This document shows positions 61,794 through 64,000 of a stretch of 64,000 nt of DNA, in pieces. The stretch is from a virus. Under the pieces are notes generated by a model. That model was given only the letters and a program-made list of their open reading frames with translations. It was not told the origin of the DNA and did no database searches. A program made the translations under genes and the position numbers. The stretch covers positions 1 to 64,000 of IMG/VR virus record IMGVR_UViG_3300026484_000351, one strand, 5' to 3'. Each line of letters opens with the position of its first letter. Positions within the stretch are counted from its first letter, which is position 1.

Positions 61794-62939
61794 ATGGGAA
61801 TAAAATTTGCAACAATAGGAAATCAAGTAAATGTTTATGACTTAAATGAGGAAACATTTTCTGACTTTTTAAAACCAAGAGTTTACACACTAGAATATAG
61901 CCCAAGTTCAGGATTTTATTTAAGAATTTTTAAAGCAAAATTTGATACTCCAAAGAGGTTATATGGTAGTATTAAAAAAAGAGCAAGGAAGGTAATAGAC
62001 ACTTATAAGTCAAGAGTAAATAGCACGGGAGTTTTACTAACTGGGAATAAAGGTTCAGGTAAAACAATGGTATCAGAATATATTGCAAACCAAATGATAA
62101 ATGATGGCAAAGCAGTTATTTTAATAAATCAAAACTTTAATGGACAAAGTTTTACTAACTTTATTAATATGCTGGGTGAATGTGTTTTGTTTTTTGATGA
62201 GTTCGGAAAAACTTTTGAAACTCAAAATAACCCTAACTCTAATAGAAAAAATAACGACCAAAATGAGTTGCTAACTTTAATGGATGGAACATCTAGCCTT
62301 AAAAGAATGTTTCTTTTAACTGAAAATGAAAAAAGAAATATTAATGAGTACATGATTGATAGACCTAGTAGAATTTATTATCATTTTAAATATAATACAT
62401 TAGAAGAATCTATTGTACATGAATATTGTGATGATTTTAAGATACCTGATGATAAAAAATATGAAATAATTGAGGTTTCAAGACAAATAAGTCAATTTAG
62501 TTTTGATATTCTTAAGTGTATTGTTGATGAATACTTAAGATATGGTGGAACTATTACAAATATTGTTCAAGACTTAAATATCACTTATAAAGAAACAAAA
62601 TTTGAATTAGTTCTTGAGAAATTTATTGAGAAAGAAACTAATAAAGAATTAAAAACAAAAACAAAAACAATTGATTACGAAGATGATAAAACTTTTGAAT
62701 TTAATGTAATATATTATCCACAGCCAAACCAACAAGAGGATCTTTTGCCAGAGTCAGATATGGAAGGGATATTTGACAGAATAGATGAACCAGTAGAAGA
62801 AGGTTGTGATAGCACTTGGTTTAGAAGAGTTAATCTAACTTATAATATGAGAGATAATATGGTATTTGATAATAAACATTATATAGTAATAGGCAGTCTT
62901 CAAGAGAAGACTGTTAAGTTTGACTATAAGTCTTTATAA
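61794..62939 (+). CDS. AAA+ ATPase
   Basis: GNKGSGKT, FFDEFGK, LLTLMDG and RPSRI motifs. Confidence 0.9.
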   Translation: MGIKFATIGNQVNVYDLNEETFSDFLKPRVYTLEYSPSSGFYLRIFKAKFDTPKRLYGSIKKRARKVIDTYKSRVNSTGVLLTGNKGSGKTMVSEYIANQMINDGKAVILINQNFNGQSFTNFINMLGECVLFFDEFGKTFETQNNPNSNRKNNDQNELLTLMDGTSSLKRMFLLTENEKRNINEYMIDRPSRIYYHFKYNTLEESIVHEYCDDFKIPDDKKYEIIEVSRQISQFSFDILKCIVDEYLRYGGTITNIVQDLNITYKETKFELVLEKFIEKETNKELKTKTKTIDYEDDKTFEFNVIYYPQPNQQEDLLPESDMEGIFDRIDEPVEEGCDSTWFRRVNLTYNMRDNMVFDNKHYIVIGSLQEKTVKFDYKSL

Positions 62940-64000
62940 TACGATTACACTCTTTAACCCACAGTTAATCTTATTTTAAGGTTGTTATGTTATAATTATA
63001 TAAACAAAAAGGATAATATAATGAAAAGAGCAACAGCTTGTAAAGTAAAACAATCAAATGGATTTGAATTTGACTATGGCATTAAATTAAAAATTAATAG
63101 ATTTTTTATTACTTGTGTTCATGTTCAACCATCGTGTGGAGTGACTCAGAAAAAGTTAAGAGAAGCTTATATTAATAGTATTAACGCTTTTAATAAGAAA
63201 AATGATGCAATCGATTATATTAACAAAGAGATTGAAATGGGTTATTTAACTACAGAAGGGTTAATAGCTTTATAAAGGAAAGATTTTTTATATAACCGAG
63301 ATAATAAATGGCAACAGAAAATATTGGGTTCAATTAAAATGCAGGAGACTTTTAAAGAAGCCTGTAATGCATCTTTTGATAAGTATAAAATTAATAGACA
63401 GTTAGAGGAGAAAAGGAATGAGTAATACAGATGTTATAAGATTTGAGGCAAAATTTAATTTAAAGTACATGAACGGCAATTATTTGTTAAGCGGTTTCAC
63501 TCATATAAAAGGTATTCAGATGAATGAAAAAGAATTTGATATTGTTATGAGTTCTGGTATAGAACGAATGAATGAAAAAGAGTGGAACGATTTTGTTGAA
63601 GATTATCCAGATTTACAAGAAACTATGAGGAAGTATTAATGAAATATTTAATGATTATAGTTGTTCCTTTTAGGGAACTTTTTAAAAAAATACCTAAACC
63701 TAGAAACTTAGGAAATTTGTTTTTTATGTTTATTTTTCCACCTGCACTTTTGTTGTTTATTGGTTGGATTAGTTTAGCTGTCTTGCAAATTATATTGGCT
63801 ATAACATTTATAGTTATAGTTATAGTTATTTTAGTATTACCCACAATTGGAGACAGTTGGAATAAAGAATTTATAATGATGATAGTTATGTATATTATAT
63901 CAGGAGTTGTTTTTTTAAATTCAGTTCAAATAAAAACTATTTCAGAATCAAAAAATGTTAATTTAACAGAAAATACAATAGAGTATAAAGGCTTTACAAA

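Larger units (their letters stand above)
10517..62996 (+). promoter_or_regulatory. Dispersed early promoter family TATGTTATAAT (extended -10) with upstream periodic TTAA
   Basis: Exact copies at 10517, 14099, 17621, 19214, 23019, 26127, 28632, 33029, 38631, 44761, 51462, 55405, 56522, 57343 and 62986; variants at 24311 and 49213; all intergenic, most just upstream of an AAGGA RBS and ATG. Confidence 0.85.

Noticed and set aside
163-63844. Most short minus-strand ORFs in the track
   Set aside because: They overlap well-supported plus-strand genes and lack RBS or motifs
1-64000. tRNA, tmRNA or rRNA genes
   Set aside because: No cloverleaf or T-loop signature recognised by eye; a covariance search is needed to exclude them

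Overview
AT-rich, gene-dense segment of a large T4-like (Tevenvirinae/Eucampyvirinae-style) myophage. The host is probably a Campylobacterota bacterium, inferred from the FliM-, RpoD- and SspB-like sequences and the extended -10 promoters. Left end (0-10 kb): 7-deazaguanine genes (folE, queD, PRTase), an M15 endolysin, capsid-targeted internal proteins, a terminase large subunit fractured by an atypically split intein with a free-standing endonuclease between the halves, and a gp14-like neck gene, mostly behind TATAAATA late promoters. The remainder is an early/accessory region driven by at least 15 copies of TATGTTATAAT. It holds SmpB, ClpP-like, SspB-like, NADAR, Thg1, Nudix, RNase H, two nucleotidyltransferases, ParM-like actin, YqeY, ThyX, CYTH, a MoxR AAA+ / peptidase-VWA pair, a CCA-adding enzyme, MazG-like and AAA genes, an HNH endonuclease and an IS607 element with a nonsense-mutated tnpB. 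The most striking unexplained pattern is that about 17 otherwise dissimilar small proteins end in the same C-terminal tag, x-P-E-x-(aromatic/hydrophobic)-(I/L/V)-stop. Most cluster around the MoxR/VWA genes, and one carries a FliM CheY-binding peptide mimic, suggesting a phage adaptor library feeding a common hub. All calls come from motif recognition by eye; no database searches were run.
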